A stretch of 63,019 bases of DNA, the filler included, from Chrysochromulina tobinii (taxonomy: Eukaryota), in assembly GCA_001275005.1 (NCBI GenBank). It is 6 parts of 6 records of this genome, joined end to end, with 100 filler letters (N's around TTAATTAATTAA, not from the genome) between each part and the next. Parts side by side here need not be neighbours in the genome. Positions count along the whole stretch, not along the records: positions 7,250 to 22,431 come from JWZX01001008.1; positions 22,532 to 33,801 come from JWZX01001009.1; positions 33,902 to 54,467 come from JWZX01001010.1; 3 more parts are not named here. One strand, 5' to 3'. The position numbers and the translations under genes are program-made. The notes under the pieces were generated by a model. It was not told the DNA's origin. It did not search any database and was given only the letters and a program-made list of their open reading frames with translations. This document shows, in pieces, positions 21,665 to 34,231 of the stretch. How positions within the stretch are numbered: position 1 is the stretch's first letter; every line of letters begins with the position of its first letter.

Positions 21665-22160
21665 TCATATCGTCGTAACGTCGCGGATGCGCCCCCGGCT
21701 GCTCACGCCGCCGCGCGCGCTCTCCGAGCCGGCTAGGTCCACAAGGCACAGCTTCGCACTGTGCGACGGCGGCGGGTGCGGGTGAGCGGGTGCGGCGGGT
21801 GCGGCGGGTGAGGGAGCTGGTCCGGGCTCCGGGTGCTCCAGGCGCAGGATGAAGATGGCGTGGGAGCGACTTGAGAGCTCGTTGGCGTGCATGGCCGCCG
21901 TGGCGCGCGCTGCGTGCCCGCGCTGCAGCAGCGCCAGCACCTCCACCGAGCTCACCACGACCTCGCTCAGCCCTTCCACGTACACACCGCGCTGGATGGC
22001 TGCTTCGTAGGGTCTCTACGCGCCTGTCCTTTGGTTATGGGCGAGTAGATCGGATCTCTGTGCCTCGTCGGCGCGATTCGTGCTGGTAGACGAGTGACGG
22101 ACGACACGCTGCAGCTGCGCGGTGGTTGCCTTCCACATACACGCCGCGCTGGATGGCGCG
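21665..22160 (-). pseudogene. Kinesin motor fragment (switch I/II region only)
   Basis: QRGVYVEGL, NELSSRSHAIF, LCLVDLAGSE, then an early stop. No P-loop found upstream. The RGVYVEG-coding sequence occurs twice. Confidence 0.65.
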
Positions 22161-22431
22161 ACCTGCATGGATGTGGGCCGCTGCGGCTGAGGCCATGCAT
22201 CGTCTTGCGCAAGGCCCTGGCATCAAAGTCCCACCCGAAGAAGCCCAGTACAACGCGTCGGGCGCGCGAACGACGAGAACGTCGACGAGGACGAGCGTTC
22301 GGACGCGGATGCGAACGTAATCGGCTCCCTGGACTCAGAAGACTATCTCGTGAACGCAGGGTCAAACGAGGCGAGAAAGAGAATGAGAGACACCATGGCT
22401 CCACTCAACAACAAAACACAAACATCCACGT

Positions 22432-22531
22432 NNNNNNNNNNNNNNNNNNNNNNNNNNNNNNNNNNNNNNNNNNNNTTAATTAATTAANNNNNNNNNNNNN
22501 NNNNNNNNNNNNNNNNNNNNNNNNNNNNNNN
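22432..22531. other. Artificial contig linker
   Basis: N44-TTAATTAATTAA-N44. Confidence 0.98.
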
Positions 22532-23878
22532 GGCGGCAGCGGCACCGGGGGCGCCTGCGCCCGCTCGGGTAGAGAGCCGATCCGAGGTGGGCCGTCCGAC
22601 GGCGGACTCGATGGGTGCCGATGGAAGCGCGGTGCTCGAGGCGGCGCTCGAAGCGGCGCCCGCTACGGCGCCATGAGTGAGCATGATGATGGCGCCCTCA
22701 AGGAGAAAGCTCGAGGTGGCCGCCGCCCGCGCCGCGGCGGCCATAGGGACGACCATATTAGGGACGACCACGCCGCATGCACCGTTGCCCGCGAAGAGGG
22801 CGGCGTCGGTTGCGGCCGCGGCGGACGCTGAAGTGGGCGCTTGCAAGTCTCCTCCGAGGCTGCCAACGGTGCTGCTGCTGCTGCCGTCGAAGCGTTCTGC
22901 ACCGACCAGCGCGCTCTCTGAGCCCTTGGGGCCGTTAGAGCTTCCCGACGCGGCCACCCGAACCCACTGCCACGCCGCCCGCAGCTGGCGTCGATCGCGC
23001 ACGCTGGTAGCGCTGGCGGCGTGCTCGAGAAGTTGAAGGTTGGTTGGCGCGTTCAGGGCGTAGCCTTTCCCCACACGCCAGCGCATGCATAGAAGGATGT
23101 CACTCGCGTCCGACTCGCCGCCTTCAGCGCCAAAACCACCAGCCGATCCGAGCGCCGTGTCGAGCGCCTCCCCTAGAGGCGCACGGCGCCAGTGCGGCCT
23201 TGCGGCGCCTGGGCCCGCGCCCGCAACGACGCCCGCGCCCGCGCCCGCACCGACGTCCGCGCCCGCACCGACGCCCGCGCCCGCACCGCCTGTGGGGCTG
23301 GCGCATTTGGGGGATGGTGAGCAGGATACAGCGATGGTGAGGAGCTGCCGATGGCGGGAGACGTGGGCGAGGTGGCCCAGGGGCGACCAAGTGAGAGGGG
23401 GGGCCTGGTGCAGGCGCAGATCACGCAGCGTCATATCGGGCACACTGCCGCCGCTCCCGCTCGAAGAGCCGCCTGTGGCGCCCGCTACAGTGCCACCCCC
23501 CCCGCTCAGCAGGACGAGTCGAGAGGGATCGGTCGGGTGCCATGCCGCCGCCGCCGCGACGCCGTCACAGTTGTACGCGCTCTCCCATCGAGAGAGGCGC
23601 GCGCTCGGCACGGGTTGGCCCGCTTTGGCCGCAGCGGCGAGGCTACCTGCCAAGGTCGCCGCGGAGGCTGCCGTACCGGCGATGGCAGCAGCCGCGCCGA
23701 CCGCGCCACCAGATGCGACCACAGCGGCGGCGGCAGTGGCGTCGAGCTGCTCGGAATGGACCGCGAGAGCATGGTCGACATCCCACATGCACAGGGTGTT
23801 CGATCCCTCGACGACGCTCGAGAGCAGGCCTCGGCGCGTGGGCGACCAGCCAACATGCACCAGGCCCGCTCCCGCCCG

Positions 23879-23925
<47 letters not shown>

Positions 23926-24940
23926 CCTTGGAGCCGCTGGTCGTGATCTCAAAGAGGGGCGTATTGTCGCGAAGCGCGCGTACGTCCCATCCCTTGATCA
24001 GCCCATCGGCGTCCTCGGAGTGCGTGGCGAATCGCGTGGGCTGATGGGGATCGACGCACACACCGCACACCGCCTTGGCATGCGCATAGCAGGAGGCGAC
24101 GGGCGAACCGTTTGCGCTTTCTCGCGCGCGCAGGTCGTACAGCCGGACCCAGCGGAAGCCGGTGCCCACGAGCAGGCACGAGGGCGAGTCGCCCGCCCAC
24201 GCGATTGACAGCGCTTGTTCTGAGTTCCCCAGTTGGCAAGTCGGTTCGTCAACCGTGGGCACCGCGCCCATCGCCGACAGGTCGAAGCTCGTACACGACG
24301 AGAAGTCGGGCACGCCGCGCCTGGCCTGGGTGGGCAAGGCGCTGAGCGCCATTGGCTGCCCTGTGAGCGCACCCAGGCTCGGCAGGCTCGATGCCCTCGC
24401 ACTCACTGCCGACGACGCGGCCTCGAGCGTGCCAGCCGCGCCTGCGCACGTGGTCGATGCGGCGGCCGCGCGCGTCACATCCCACACGAGGACGCCAAAG
24501 GCACCGCGCACCTTGTCGAGGCCCGCGGCGACCTGCAGCGGCTGAAGCGGATTCCACGCTGCGGAAAAGCACACGCGCGGGCCGATGCGCGGTACAAACT
24601 CGCACACTGCTGTCGTGGGCCGGCCGCTCGCACTGCTGCCGAGCGTGTTGCCTGGCGTGCAGTCGTGGAGGACGAGGCGGCCCGAATTGGTACCCACCGC
24701 AAATGTCCACGGATGTGCGACGTGCGGGCACCACGCCATGCACTTGAGCTGCATGTCAGCTATGCCGCCGAGGAGCTGCACGCCGAGGTGCTGGTCGCCG
24801 CCGTCGTCGCCAAGGCTGTGCTCGCCGCGGTCCTCTCCGGAGAAGCGGTAGAACCGCAGGTGCTGACCGTCGCTCGACCCGATGGCAAATGTGTCGCGCT
24901 CGTGCGGCGACCAGAGCAGTTGCGGGTGGCGTCGCGACAT
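22532..24940 (-). CDS. MIOS: GATOR2 complex WD-repeat protein Mio/Sea4 (C-terminus truncated)
   Basis: WSPH, KCMAWCP, R.C...AWNP, AAGLDKVR, VLVWDV, RLYDLR, KAVCGVCVDP, WSPTRRGLL, DI...MR.R...GY. Confidence 0.85.
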
Positions 24941-25131
24941 GTTCGGAGTCCGACCAAGGTGACGACGGTGTTGGGGGCACGCGACTTCACGCGGAAGACT
25001 CGGGGACCCTGCTGTGAATTCACCTCGCCTCTCATTCACAAGTGACAAGCGAAGCGGCATTGCCCGGCGTCAAACAGTGGGCGGGGAAAGAGAGGTGTTC
25101 AAAAGACAGACAGGGTCCTAACGAGGACGCG

Positions 25132-26772
25132 ATGAGCACACCTAGCACCTCGTTCCCGCCCTTTCGGCCCTCGACAGAAGCACGCCGGCCAGTAACAGTC
25201 ACCTTCACCTTGCACGCCAGCAGCCCACCTGCATGCCTAGCACGCCATCATGATGCCACGCTCCAGTCGTGGTCAGCATGGCTGTTCTCAAAACGAGCAC
25301 GAAGGGATGCGCTGGCAGAGGTTGAGCACGACCTACTCATGCTCGATCTGATGCTGCCACTGCCAGCAGCCGAGACCGAGCAGCTTGAACGAGAGCTCCA
25401 AGCGAGGCTACGCCTCACACCGTATTTCACGATATTTTCAGTTGTGCGTGCAGACGAGGCTTGGACTGCACCTCCGCTGCCTCTCGTCTTGCTGCACGGG
25501 CTGGTGGACCCGGAGGAGAGCAGGTGCTCCATGAGCTTGCTCGTGCGTCCCATCATGCAAGCCCGCGTCGGCTTCACCATGCCGTCTTCCGAACCAATTC
25601 CACTCGATGCGCTCCTCGCCCGTGACGCGTCTGCGGGGAGGGCGTTACTCGCACGTCTCCGCCGCGACACGGTGGTGCGGCTCGTTGTGGGCAGCGACCT
25701 TGCGCGCGCCATCGCCGAGTGCATCGCGCACATGCCCTCGTTTTTTGCGCAGCCTCCAGAAGCCAAGGCTCGGATGCACTGCAAGCTGCGGCCCGCCAAC
25801 CCCTCGTGTCATCAGTATGCGGGCGTCGGTTCGGATGCGGGGCGTGAGTGGATCCAGCTTCGGCGACGAACGCACGGCTTAGCAAGTGGAGTCCTTCCGA
25901 CGGACGCGCCGCCGGCCTTTGCGACGGCCTTCGATAGTCTACGCCAGGCTGCTGCGGCATGCGTGCGCGCGCTCGCTGAGAGCCTCTCCATGTCTCCAGC
26001 CACGTGGCTCAAGCTCACCGATCTCGAAGACGAGATTGAGGGCGAGCTTGAGGGTGAGGTTGTTGGGGCCGAGCTCTCCACTGCAGATGGGCGCACGTGT
26101 GGACCTTCCGTGCTCCGCCTCTACCAGTACCGGTCCGCTGAGCGGCGCGGCGTCGGCTGCCACGCGCATGCAGATCTGGGCATGCTCACCATAGCACCTG
26201 CCGCTCGCTTCTGTGTGCTGGCTGGCAAGAGACCAGGTGGCGGCGAGGGTGAGAGGAAGGGCCAGGGCGGTAGCGGCGCAGTCAAGGGCGGCGCCGTCGA
26301 GGATGGCCAAGGGGCCTTGAGCCTGGGCGGCGGGCTGCATGTTTTCGATCCCGAGTCACTCAGCTGGCGAGATGTGGAGCTTGGAATGGGGTTGAACGAA
26401 CTGACGCTCTTCTGCGGCGAGCAGCTGGCTTTCCTGAGTGGTGGCGCGCTGCCCGCACCCATCCATCGGGTGCCTCCGCCCCCCGAGGCGCACGGGACTC
26501 GGTACTCAATGCCCTTCTTCGCGCGCGCGCACCCAACCGCTACTTTGACGCCCTCCACGCTGCCGCACGCGCCTCACTCCATGTCTGATCGTCGGATGGA
26601 GGGGCGACGCAGCGGTGGGCACGCCGAGCAAGTGGGTGAGCTACATGGTGCACTAGCCCCCCTCGGCCTCGCACCGCAAGGCTGTGAGGAGTTCGTGCTG
26701 CACACCCTCTTCCGAAGGCGGCCGTGGCGACCGAGCGTCCCCTTCGATTGCAGCAGCACGCCGGATTACTGA
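25132..26772 (+). CDS. 2-oxoglutarate/Fe(II) dioxygenase (IPNS-like)
   Basis: LRLYQY, HADLGMLT (HxD), HRV (distal His), RYSMPFF (RxS). Confidence 0.88.
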   Translation: MSTPSTSFPPFRPSTEARRPVTVTFTLHASSPPACLARHHDATLQSWSAWLFSKRARRDALAEVEHDLLMLDLMLPLPAAETEQLERELQARLRLTPYFTIFSVVRADEAWTAPPLPLVLLHGLVDPEESRCSMSLLVRPIMQARVGFTMPSSEPIPLDALLARDASAGRALLARLRRDTVVRLVVGSDLARAIAECIAHMPSFFAQPPEAKARMHCKLRPANPSCHQYAGVGSDAGREWIQLRRRTHGLASGVLPTDAPPAFATAFDSLRQAAAACVRALAESLSMSPATWLKLTDLEDEIEGELEGEVVGAELSTADGRTCGPSVLRLYQYRSAERRGVGCHAHADLGMLTIAPAARFCVLAGKRPGGGEGERKGQGGSGAVKGGAVEDGQGALSLGGGLHVFDPESLSWRDVELGMGLNELTLFCGEQLAFLSGGALPAPIHRVPPPPEAHGTRYSMPFFARAHPTATLTPSTLPHAPHSMSDRRMEGRRSGGHAEQVGELHGALAPLGLAPQGCEEFVLHTLFRRRPWRPSVPFDCSSTPDY

Positions 26773-27138
26773 AAGTTCGTCTTCGGGTGCAAATTCGTCT
26801 TCGAGAGGCGCCGCGTCCACACTCACAGCGCACAGGTACAACGGTGGCACCGCACGTTTCGTCGACGTGCCACGCGCGTCCGCGCCACGGTCGCCCCCAC
26901 CACAGAGCGCGGGGAAAACGCGGGGAGGCGTTCCCAGCCGGTTCGCTCATACATCGGAGGACGTCGAGGCCGGTTCGTCCCGGGCAAACTAAGCGTGTCG
27001 ACGTGGCTAACGCAACTTGCGAGTCGGTAAACCGGGTCCGGGACGTTCCGGTCGCATGCACGTAGAGTTACGTCAAGCGCCGTCCCGGTGAAAGGGCGCG
27101 CGGGTTTTCCGCGCGCGGGTCGAAGAGTGTTTGTCCAG

Positions 27139-28670
27139 TGGTGACATCTAAGAACCTCTTACGGACTTCGACCCGCTCTAGAGAGGTCAGGCCTACACGC
27201 CGGACCTTCCAAGCGGCATGCAAGGGGTCCTGGAGCCAGGGGCTCCCGTTCCCATGGTAGCGAGTGGTAAGTCAACGAACTACGACGATCAACGGGCTAT
27301 GCCCGAATCACGTGCCGGAACCAAGGCACGCAACGAGACCTTCACGTACGACGACGACTCGTACGAAGAGGCGGACACGCAGGACGGTTCGTCCACACGC
27401 CCAAGCGCAGTGCCCAAAGAAGCGCACACCGTACGGCAGGTTCAAGCACCCGGTGCGGGTCAACATGCCGAAAAAATGTGGGCACAAATGCAAAACTCCC
27501 CGAGACTTCTCGAGACGATCGATGCGACGAGACACGGACGTCCGCAATACTCCGGCACCCTGTGGTCCCGCAAGTTGTCGACTGACGAGGAGTCAGAAGA
27601 CGCCGACGAGAGCGCGGCGATCGACCGCACGGAGCGTGCGCTTCTAGCAGAGCTGCAGAGAGTAGCCGAGCGTCGTCGCTCGCTACGCGCAAGCCTGGGC
27701 GTGAGTCAACCGACCGAAATGGCCATCGCGGACGAAGAGCCGGAGACCACGGTCGAGGAGATCATGCAGCGCGGCAAGACGCGCGAGCGGCTCGCAGCGG
27801 AGCGAGCCCAAGCTGAGGCGATGCACGTCGAAGGCGAGCGTCAAGAGGCGTTCGCGAAGCAGCGGGCGGCCGAGGCAGAGGCCAGAGAGCGGCACATGGC
27901 ACAAGAGCTCGAGCGCATGCGGCTCACTCTGGCGAGCATGCACCACAAGGAGTCCACCTCGCGAGACGCAGTACTCGTCGCCCTCATGGAGACGATGAAG
28001 CAGCTCAAGCCCGAGCCGCGGGAGCTCAAGGTCTATACGCCCAAGGACATCCGCGACGGAATCGTCCCGCCCTGCCCGATGGACAAGAACGCCACTGAGA
28101 TGCGCGAATGGGCGACGACGCTCGCAGGCGCGGCGTCGGGCCTCAGCGCCAAGGCCAGCGAGCTCGTGGGCATGACGCTGCGGGCCGAACCGTACACTCT
28201 CTCCAAGTCGCACTCGACGGACGAGTACGTCGACGCGAACAGATGGCTTGCACGGCAAGTTCTCGCGTCCATCAAGCCAGAGACGGACGCCGCGCGCGTG
28301 TTCCTCAAGGAGGTGCGCTCCGACATCAACCTCATCGAGTCAGGCGTATCGCTCATCGCCATGCTGCTCAAGCAGGTAGCGTCGACGGACTCTCTCAAGA
28401 TGGAGAGCGCGGAGACGCGCTTCCAGACGACGGTCTACTTCAGGGGGGGCATGACCCACGACCAAGTGCGGCTCGCAGCGGCGGCTTTCAAGGCGGACTA
28501 CAACGCACGGCCGTTCTTCGACAACCGCACGTACGCGCTGCTCGCCGCGATGCTCAAAGAGCTACCGCCGTCCCTCAAGGAGCCCTTCGTGCGCGACGAG
28601 CTCGACAACCTGCTCACCCTCGAGATGAAGGGCCAGCGCGACGGTACGGACTTGATGCCGGCGTGGGATG
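27139..28670 (+). mobile_element. Truncated retrotransposon: possible PBS (TGGTGACATC) plus gag-like ORF starting at 27218
   Basis: CA-G-TGG junction at 27136-27141. The ORF has a coiled-coil and copia-gag-like segments (SGVSLIAMLL, MLKELPPSL). No pol sequence follows. Confidence 0.45.
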
Positions 28671-28986
28671 GCTTAGGGACGCGCCGCTCGAATTCGACGA
28701 AACCACCGCGGCCGCGCTCGGCGCATCGCGAGGGGCCATCGTCACCTTCGAGGCTGAGTCGACGCGCCATAGAGCTGCTGTCACGATTGAGAAAGCGCTC
28801 GCCGCAGCGCGCATCGCCGTCTCCGTGTCGCCGCCGACGCACTCGTTTGATGAAGCGCACTGGGCGCGGCCTTCGGTCGTACGAATCAGCCCACATCATT
28901 TCAATACGATCGCGGATGTGGACGCAGCTCTCGAGGTGATCCGTGATACACTCGCGCCACCGGACATTGGGCAGAGCGAGTCATGA
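28670..28986 (+). pseudogene. C-terminal fragment of a class V aminotransferase / cysteine desulfurase-like protein
   Basis: GAIVTF...IAVSVS...VVRISPHHFNT.ADVD in a different frame from the gag ORF. The PLP-binding region is absent. Confidence 0.7.
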
Positions 28987-29389
28987 ACGTCTAGCCCGCG
29001 CGCGGCGGGTGATCCGATCCGTTCAGCGTTCGAAGACCAGACCAGAGTAAGACGCACGCGAACGGAGTTTATTGTTCGCCTTAGCTGTCCTCAGCACCCC
29101 CGGCCGCGCGGGGCCGCGGCCTCGGCCCGAGGGAACCCGTGAGCGGGGAGGCTCCGGTCGCGGCGCTTAGTCGCGCCGTGCCGCCTGGCCTGACCGTGAT
29201 CGTGATTTGTATCTGATTTGTTCGGGTCGAATGGTCCGGGCACAGCTGTTATGGGTTCCTACAAAACAATGTTCAAAAGCATTCAGCGGGCACAGCGGTA
29301 TGGGTTCCTACTGCAATACACATACGATCAATATTACAATAAGCTCAAGTTCTGAAGCAAAACGCGGCGAAACTCAACAAATGGATTGC

Positions 29390-32300
29390 TCAATAGGGAC
29401 GACCTCCGAGGCTGGTGGTCAGGCCGGCGATGGCCTTTTCGAAGAGCCCTTTGGGGACCAGCGCCTCGGGGATGCGGGTGGGCGGCGGTACCTCCGTGAC
29501 CACCTCCGCGTCCATTCCGCGCTCTTCGCAACGTGTGAGAGGCACGCGGCCGCCGCTGCCAGGGAAGGCGAGCGAACGCCGGGCTCGCGGCGGCGGCGCG
29601 TCGAGCACCTCTTCGGGCCAGCGCGAGATGTCTTCGCACGGCGGCGATGGTGACGCTGCAGCCTTGGGAGCGGCCTCGACGGCGGCGGCGTCCTCAGCCG
29701 CTTCGATCGCCTCCCTTGCGGCCTCCTCAGCCGCTTCGATCGCCGCGGCCGCCGCGGCCTCGAGAGCGAGCGCCTCGGCGTCTGCGGCGGCTACGGCGGC
29801 CTTCTCCTCGGCAGCCGCCGCCTGCCGGCCAGGCGAGCCCCTGCGCGACGGGAGAGGCGAGGCCCGGGGCGAGGCGTAGGGCGAAGTGTAAGGCGAGGCG
29901 CGAGGCCGGTCAAAATAATGATGCTCAAAGGCCCCAAAGCGGGGCGAGGCGGTAGAGGCAGGTGCCGAGGCGGCGGCGGCTTCAAAGAAGGCAGCGGCGG
30001 GCGGGATGGCGGAGGTGGCAGGGACGGAGGGCAGAGCGGCTACAAAGGTGCTGCTGCGCACAGACGGAGCGACGGGCGCGGAAGCGGCCGCGCCGTTGGC
30101 ATCGAACCCGTGGAGAGCGCGCATCAAGTGATGGGGAACGCTCCCTTCCATGAGGGGGTAGCGTGCGATCACAGAGTCGAACAGCCGATCCGATTCGATC
30201 GCCGCCGAGGAGAGCGCCGCGAGCGAGTACGGCCCGGGCTCCCCGTCCAGCTGGTGTGAAGGCCCTGGTGTGAAGCTGGCTAGCGGAGGAGCACGCCCCG
30301 AGCGAAGCGGCGACTGGTGTGAAGGCCCTGGTGTGAAGCTGGCTAGCAGAGGAGCGCCGAGATGAGCGCGCCCCGAGCGAAGCGGCATCGCCATGGCGCC
30401 GAATCCGCCGTTACGCAGATGCGGCGAGGCGAGGGGGGGGTGGTTGCTGGTGCCGTGCTGGGCGCCGTGGTGCGGCGACGGCGACGGCAGCGGCGCGAGC
30501 GGCGGTGGTGGCAGCAAGTGCGGCGAGGCAAGGGGCGAGACGGGGGCGGTGCGCGCCGAGGGAGGCGGCGAAGGCCGATCGGATGGGCGCTCATCTCGGC
30601 GCTGGCTGTGGAAGCCCACCGAACGCGCGCTCGTGCCGGGCGAGTCCGACCGTGCCGTGCGCTGTGTATCGGTTCCGTTGCGGGCCGAGCTCAGCCGAGA
30701 TCGGGCCGAGCTCAGCCGAGATTGCGAGCCCTGGCGCTGCCGGGCCGACGGCACCGAGCGCGAGGTGGACGAAGAACGGGACGTGGACGAGGGCGACGAG
30801 CGCACCGTGCCGCCCTCCTTGTCCAGCCCGCCCGGCACGGCGCGTTTCGCCCGCTCCGGGCTGCGGGCGACGGCGGCACGGTTCGACGGCGACGGGCGCC
30901 GAATCCGGCTAGGCGTGCTCGCCTTGGCGCTCGACACGGCGCTCGCAGACTTGGGCATCGGGGTGTGAACCGAGGTGTGAACCGAGGCGCCTGCGCTCGC
31001 GGCATGGGCGGCGGCGGCTGGCGGCGTGGGCGGCGGCGTGGGCGTCGTCGTGGGCGGCGGCGTGCTGTTGCCGGCATGCGAGGGGGCAAGCGGCGACTTG
31101 CCAATAGCAGCCGTCGACCGCTTGGGCTTGGCGTGGCGCAGCTCGCCACCTGCCCCGCCACCAGCCCCGCAACTGCTCTCCCATCGCGCCGCACGCGCCG
31201 CACGCGCCGCGGCGCCCGTGGCGACGGGCGTGTCGTTCGACGAGGGGTCGTTAGGGGTTCGTGGGGGCGACGTGGAGAGGGAGGCGGCGGACGGCGAGGA
31301 GCCGCTCGTGGTGACTGGCGAAGAGGAGGGAGAGATGACCACCGATAGATGGGCGGGTAGAGCTGGGTACGGCCGTACCTCCGGGGACGCGGGCCCACGC
31401 GCACCGCTGGCTTCCTCGGACGCCGCCGCCCAAGCCGCCTCCACGTCCCGTGAGTTTCGTGACGTGCGGCCCGGTGTCTTTGTGCCGGAGCGGCGCACTG
31501 GGATACGGCTCGGCGTCTTGGGGCGGTTCGTGGCCGGCGCGAACGCACGTGGCGACTTTTCGTCGTCCGCCGCCACCCGGAAGAGGCAGCGGCAGCGGCA
31601 GCGGCATCGGCCACTGCAGAGGCCGCGGTCGCGGAGGCGGGAGGTGCCCACCACGGCGCTTTGGATGGCGTGCGCGGCCCCGCTGCCGAGGCGCCGTGGT
31701 GGGCGGCGGCGGCGGCGGCGGCGGCTTCGGCGGCGATGGCGGCGGCTTGGGAGCCCTCGCCCTCGAGCGCGGCAGCGGCGGCGAGGGCGGCCAGCCGGCG
31801 TTGCCGGTGCTCGATGACCGTGGGGTGGCCCACCACCCCAGCCGTGTCGGTCCGTGCATCGAGATCGATTTGAAGCATCGAGGCCACAAGGTGGTGCAAC
31901 AGCGGCGAGTACTTTGGCGATAAGGGCGCGAAGAAGCCGGCTGTGATCTTGAGCGCGAGCTGCGCCAGGTTGCTCGCGTCGAACGGGTACCGGTTCGACG
32001 CCATCTTATACAGCAGTACGCCCAGGGACCAGACGTCGGTCTTGTAGTCGTACTGCGCGCCGTGGATGATCTCAGGCGAGATGTACGTGGGCGAGCCGAC
32101 GACGGTCTGCGCGAGCTCGATGGAGGTGGTGAGGCAGCGTGCGATGCCTAGGTCGCCGATCTTGAGCACGCCGCCATCGTATACGAAAATGTTCTCCGGC
32201 TTCAGGTCGCGGTGCAGCACCTTTTTCGCATGGATGTGCCCGAGCCCATCGGCGAGCTGCACAAAGTGGCTCATCACTTCGTCCTCATCGAGGAACTTTT

Positions 32301-32667
32301 TGGAGTCGGCGGTCGCCTTGTCCCATCGCTTGGCGAGCAGCTGGGCAAAGTTGCCATGCGGCCCGTACTCCATCAGGATACAAAAGTGGTTGGCCTCCGG
32401 CCACGCCGCATAGTGGCGCACCACGTGGACGTGCATCAGCCGGTCGAGCGCGCGCGCCTCGAGCTGGACCTTGTCTCGATCGGGCTGGCCGGCGGAACCG
32501 AATGCGGTGCGCTTGAGCGCGTACCGCTGCCCCGTGACGCGGTGCTCCACGAGCCGCACCTCGCCGAAACGGCCTCGGCCCAGCTCCTTAGCGGTTGTGA
32601 AGCTTGCCTCAAAGTCCTCGGCGCAGGTTGGAAGCGGATCTGGCGGCGCGTTGGAGGACGCCAGCAT
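29390..32667 (-). CDS. NEK (NIMA-related) kinase with long disordered tail; probable 1-nt frameshift at ~31577
   Basis: LGRGRFG, ALK, HRDLKPEN, DLG, GSPTYISPE, YDYKTDVWSLG. The tail continues in ORF 29390..31654 if one G is added to the GGG run. Confidence 0.85.
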
Positions 32668-33715
32668 CGTATCTCACAGCGGGTGCCGCCGGAGGCACGC
32701 GCGTGCGTAGGGCGATGACGCCCTGGCCTGCTAGACCTACAACCCGGCTTTCCTGTTGAGAGGCGACCCGTTGAGAGATTGGGCCCGTCGGAGGAGCTCG
32801 CCTTCGCGAACCGCCTTGCAGTTACGCCGCTTTCACACTTCCGAGAAGTAAAGCCCAAGCCAAGTCAAGTCAAGGCTTCTCTCGTTCTGTACCCAATTTT
32901 CTTTGTCTTCGCTGGAGCGGGACGTACATTCGTACATGTACCGCGGCGCGGCTCGCGGCTGCCGGGGCGGCTGCAATGGAGTCAATGGGCGGCTGAGTTG
33001 CCGGTCGAGGTGGTTGTGTTGGTGCTGCACGCGCTGGGGCTGGACCTGCGATTGCAGAGGCCCAGTCACAGGGTGGTTCGCGGTTCGACTGCGTGTGTGG
33101 ATGAGGAAGTTCTGGCACTTTTCTACTGTGTTGCCGTGTTGCGGGTCGTGCAATTGGGGTCGTGCTCATGTGGCCGGAGAGCTTATTGCGAGGTCCTGGA
33201 GAGAGAATTCATTGTGATGCCAAAGCGATTGGACTGCTGAGCAGGCTGACACTCCGAAGGTAGAAACTTGGACGTCGGTTTCACCCAAATTTGCGGGTCC
33301 AAAGTGAATCCGTTTTTCGGAGCGTCTACCAACGTAAATGCTGCGAAGCGAAACCCCTTCCCCCTCCCCATGGCGCGCCCAAGGGCGGCCCTTCCAGCGC
33401 GCACACCTCGCCCAAACGCGCACACGGCTTCCCGGCACCCCTTGTTTGGCATCCTCCAGCCGAAATTCCGGCCGCGCGCGCGCCCGAGGCGCGCCCCCAG
33501 CACGCGCGCACGACGGGGTTCTTCAAGCACACCCTACTCCGTGCCAAGCAACTCGAGGCACCGCGCCCCCCACTTCTGCTACCACACGCGCACCACCGCC
33601 ATGCGTGTGCATGATGGCTGCGACGGCTTGCCCCACTCCCCGCTCGTCTCCGCACCTCCTTCTCTCCCACTCACTTATCGGCCCCGCCCCCCCTCGCAGA
33701 ACTAAATCTTCATAA

Positions 33716-33801
33716 ATGCGTGAGATCGTCGCAGTCCAGGGTGGCCAGTGCGGTAACCAGATCGGCGCCAAGTTCTGGGAGGTCGTCTCCGACGAGCACG
33801 G
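33716..33801 (+). CDS. TUBB: Beta-tubulin N-terminus (truncated by contig end)
   Basis: MREIVAVQGGQCGNQIGAKFWEVVSDEH. Absent from the ORF track. A possible 5'UTR intron ends at CTCGCAG 33699. Confidence 0.95.
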
Positions 33802-33901
33802 NNNNNNNNNNNNNNNNNNNNNNNNNNNNNNNNNNNNNNNNNNNNTTAATTAATTAANNNNNNNNNNNNNNNNNNNNNNNNNNNNNNNNNNNNNNNNNNN
33901 N
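33802..33901. other. Artificial contig linker
   Basis: N44-TTAATTAATTAA-N44. Confidence 0.98.
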
Positions 33902-34231
33902 TGTCTGGTTCCATGATTGATACCGTCCTGTAATCTGGCCCTTTCACGTTGGGTTCACAGCCGTGTAACTTTGGGCGTCACACGGCAGTGCACGAAAAAG
34001 CGAGACGAAATCAAAAACGCATAAACCCCTCTCATGAACTACTGTACATTTGACATCCACCGTTCTCGTTCAGGACCGTCCATGTCGTTACAGAAGTTCC
34101 TCCCAGGGCCACAAAACCACGGGCGTTCGTCCCTCTCTTGACGCCAAATGGAGCTCACGCACGCTGCGATCAGCCCAAATGCTGCCATACATGGCCACTC
34201 TACAATCGCATGGGTCGGTCACTCTGCAGGC

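Noticed and set aside
29237..29311. Imperfect 25-bp direct repeat between convergent 3' ends
   Set aside because: Two copies only, most simply a local duplication.
32840..33250. 3' end of a non-LTR element with an (AAGTC)n tail
   Set aside because: Only a short microsatellite and no recognisable coding remnant.
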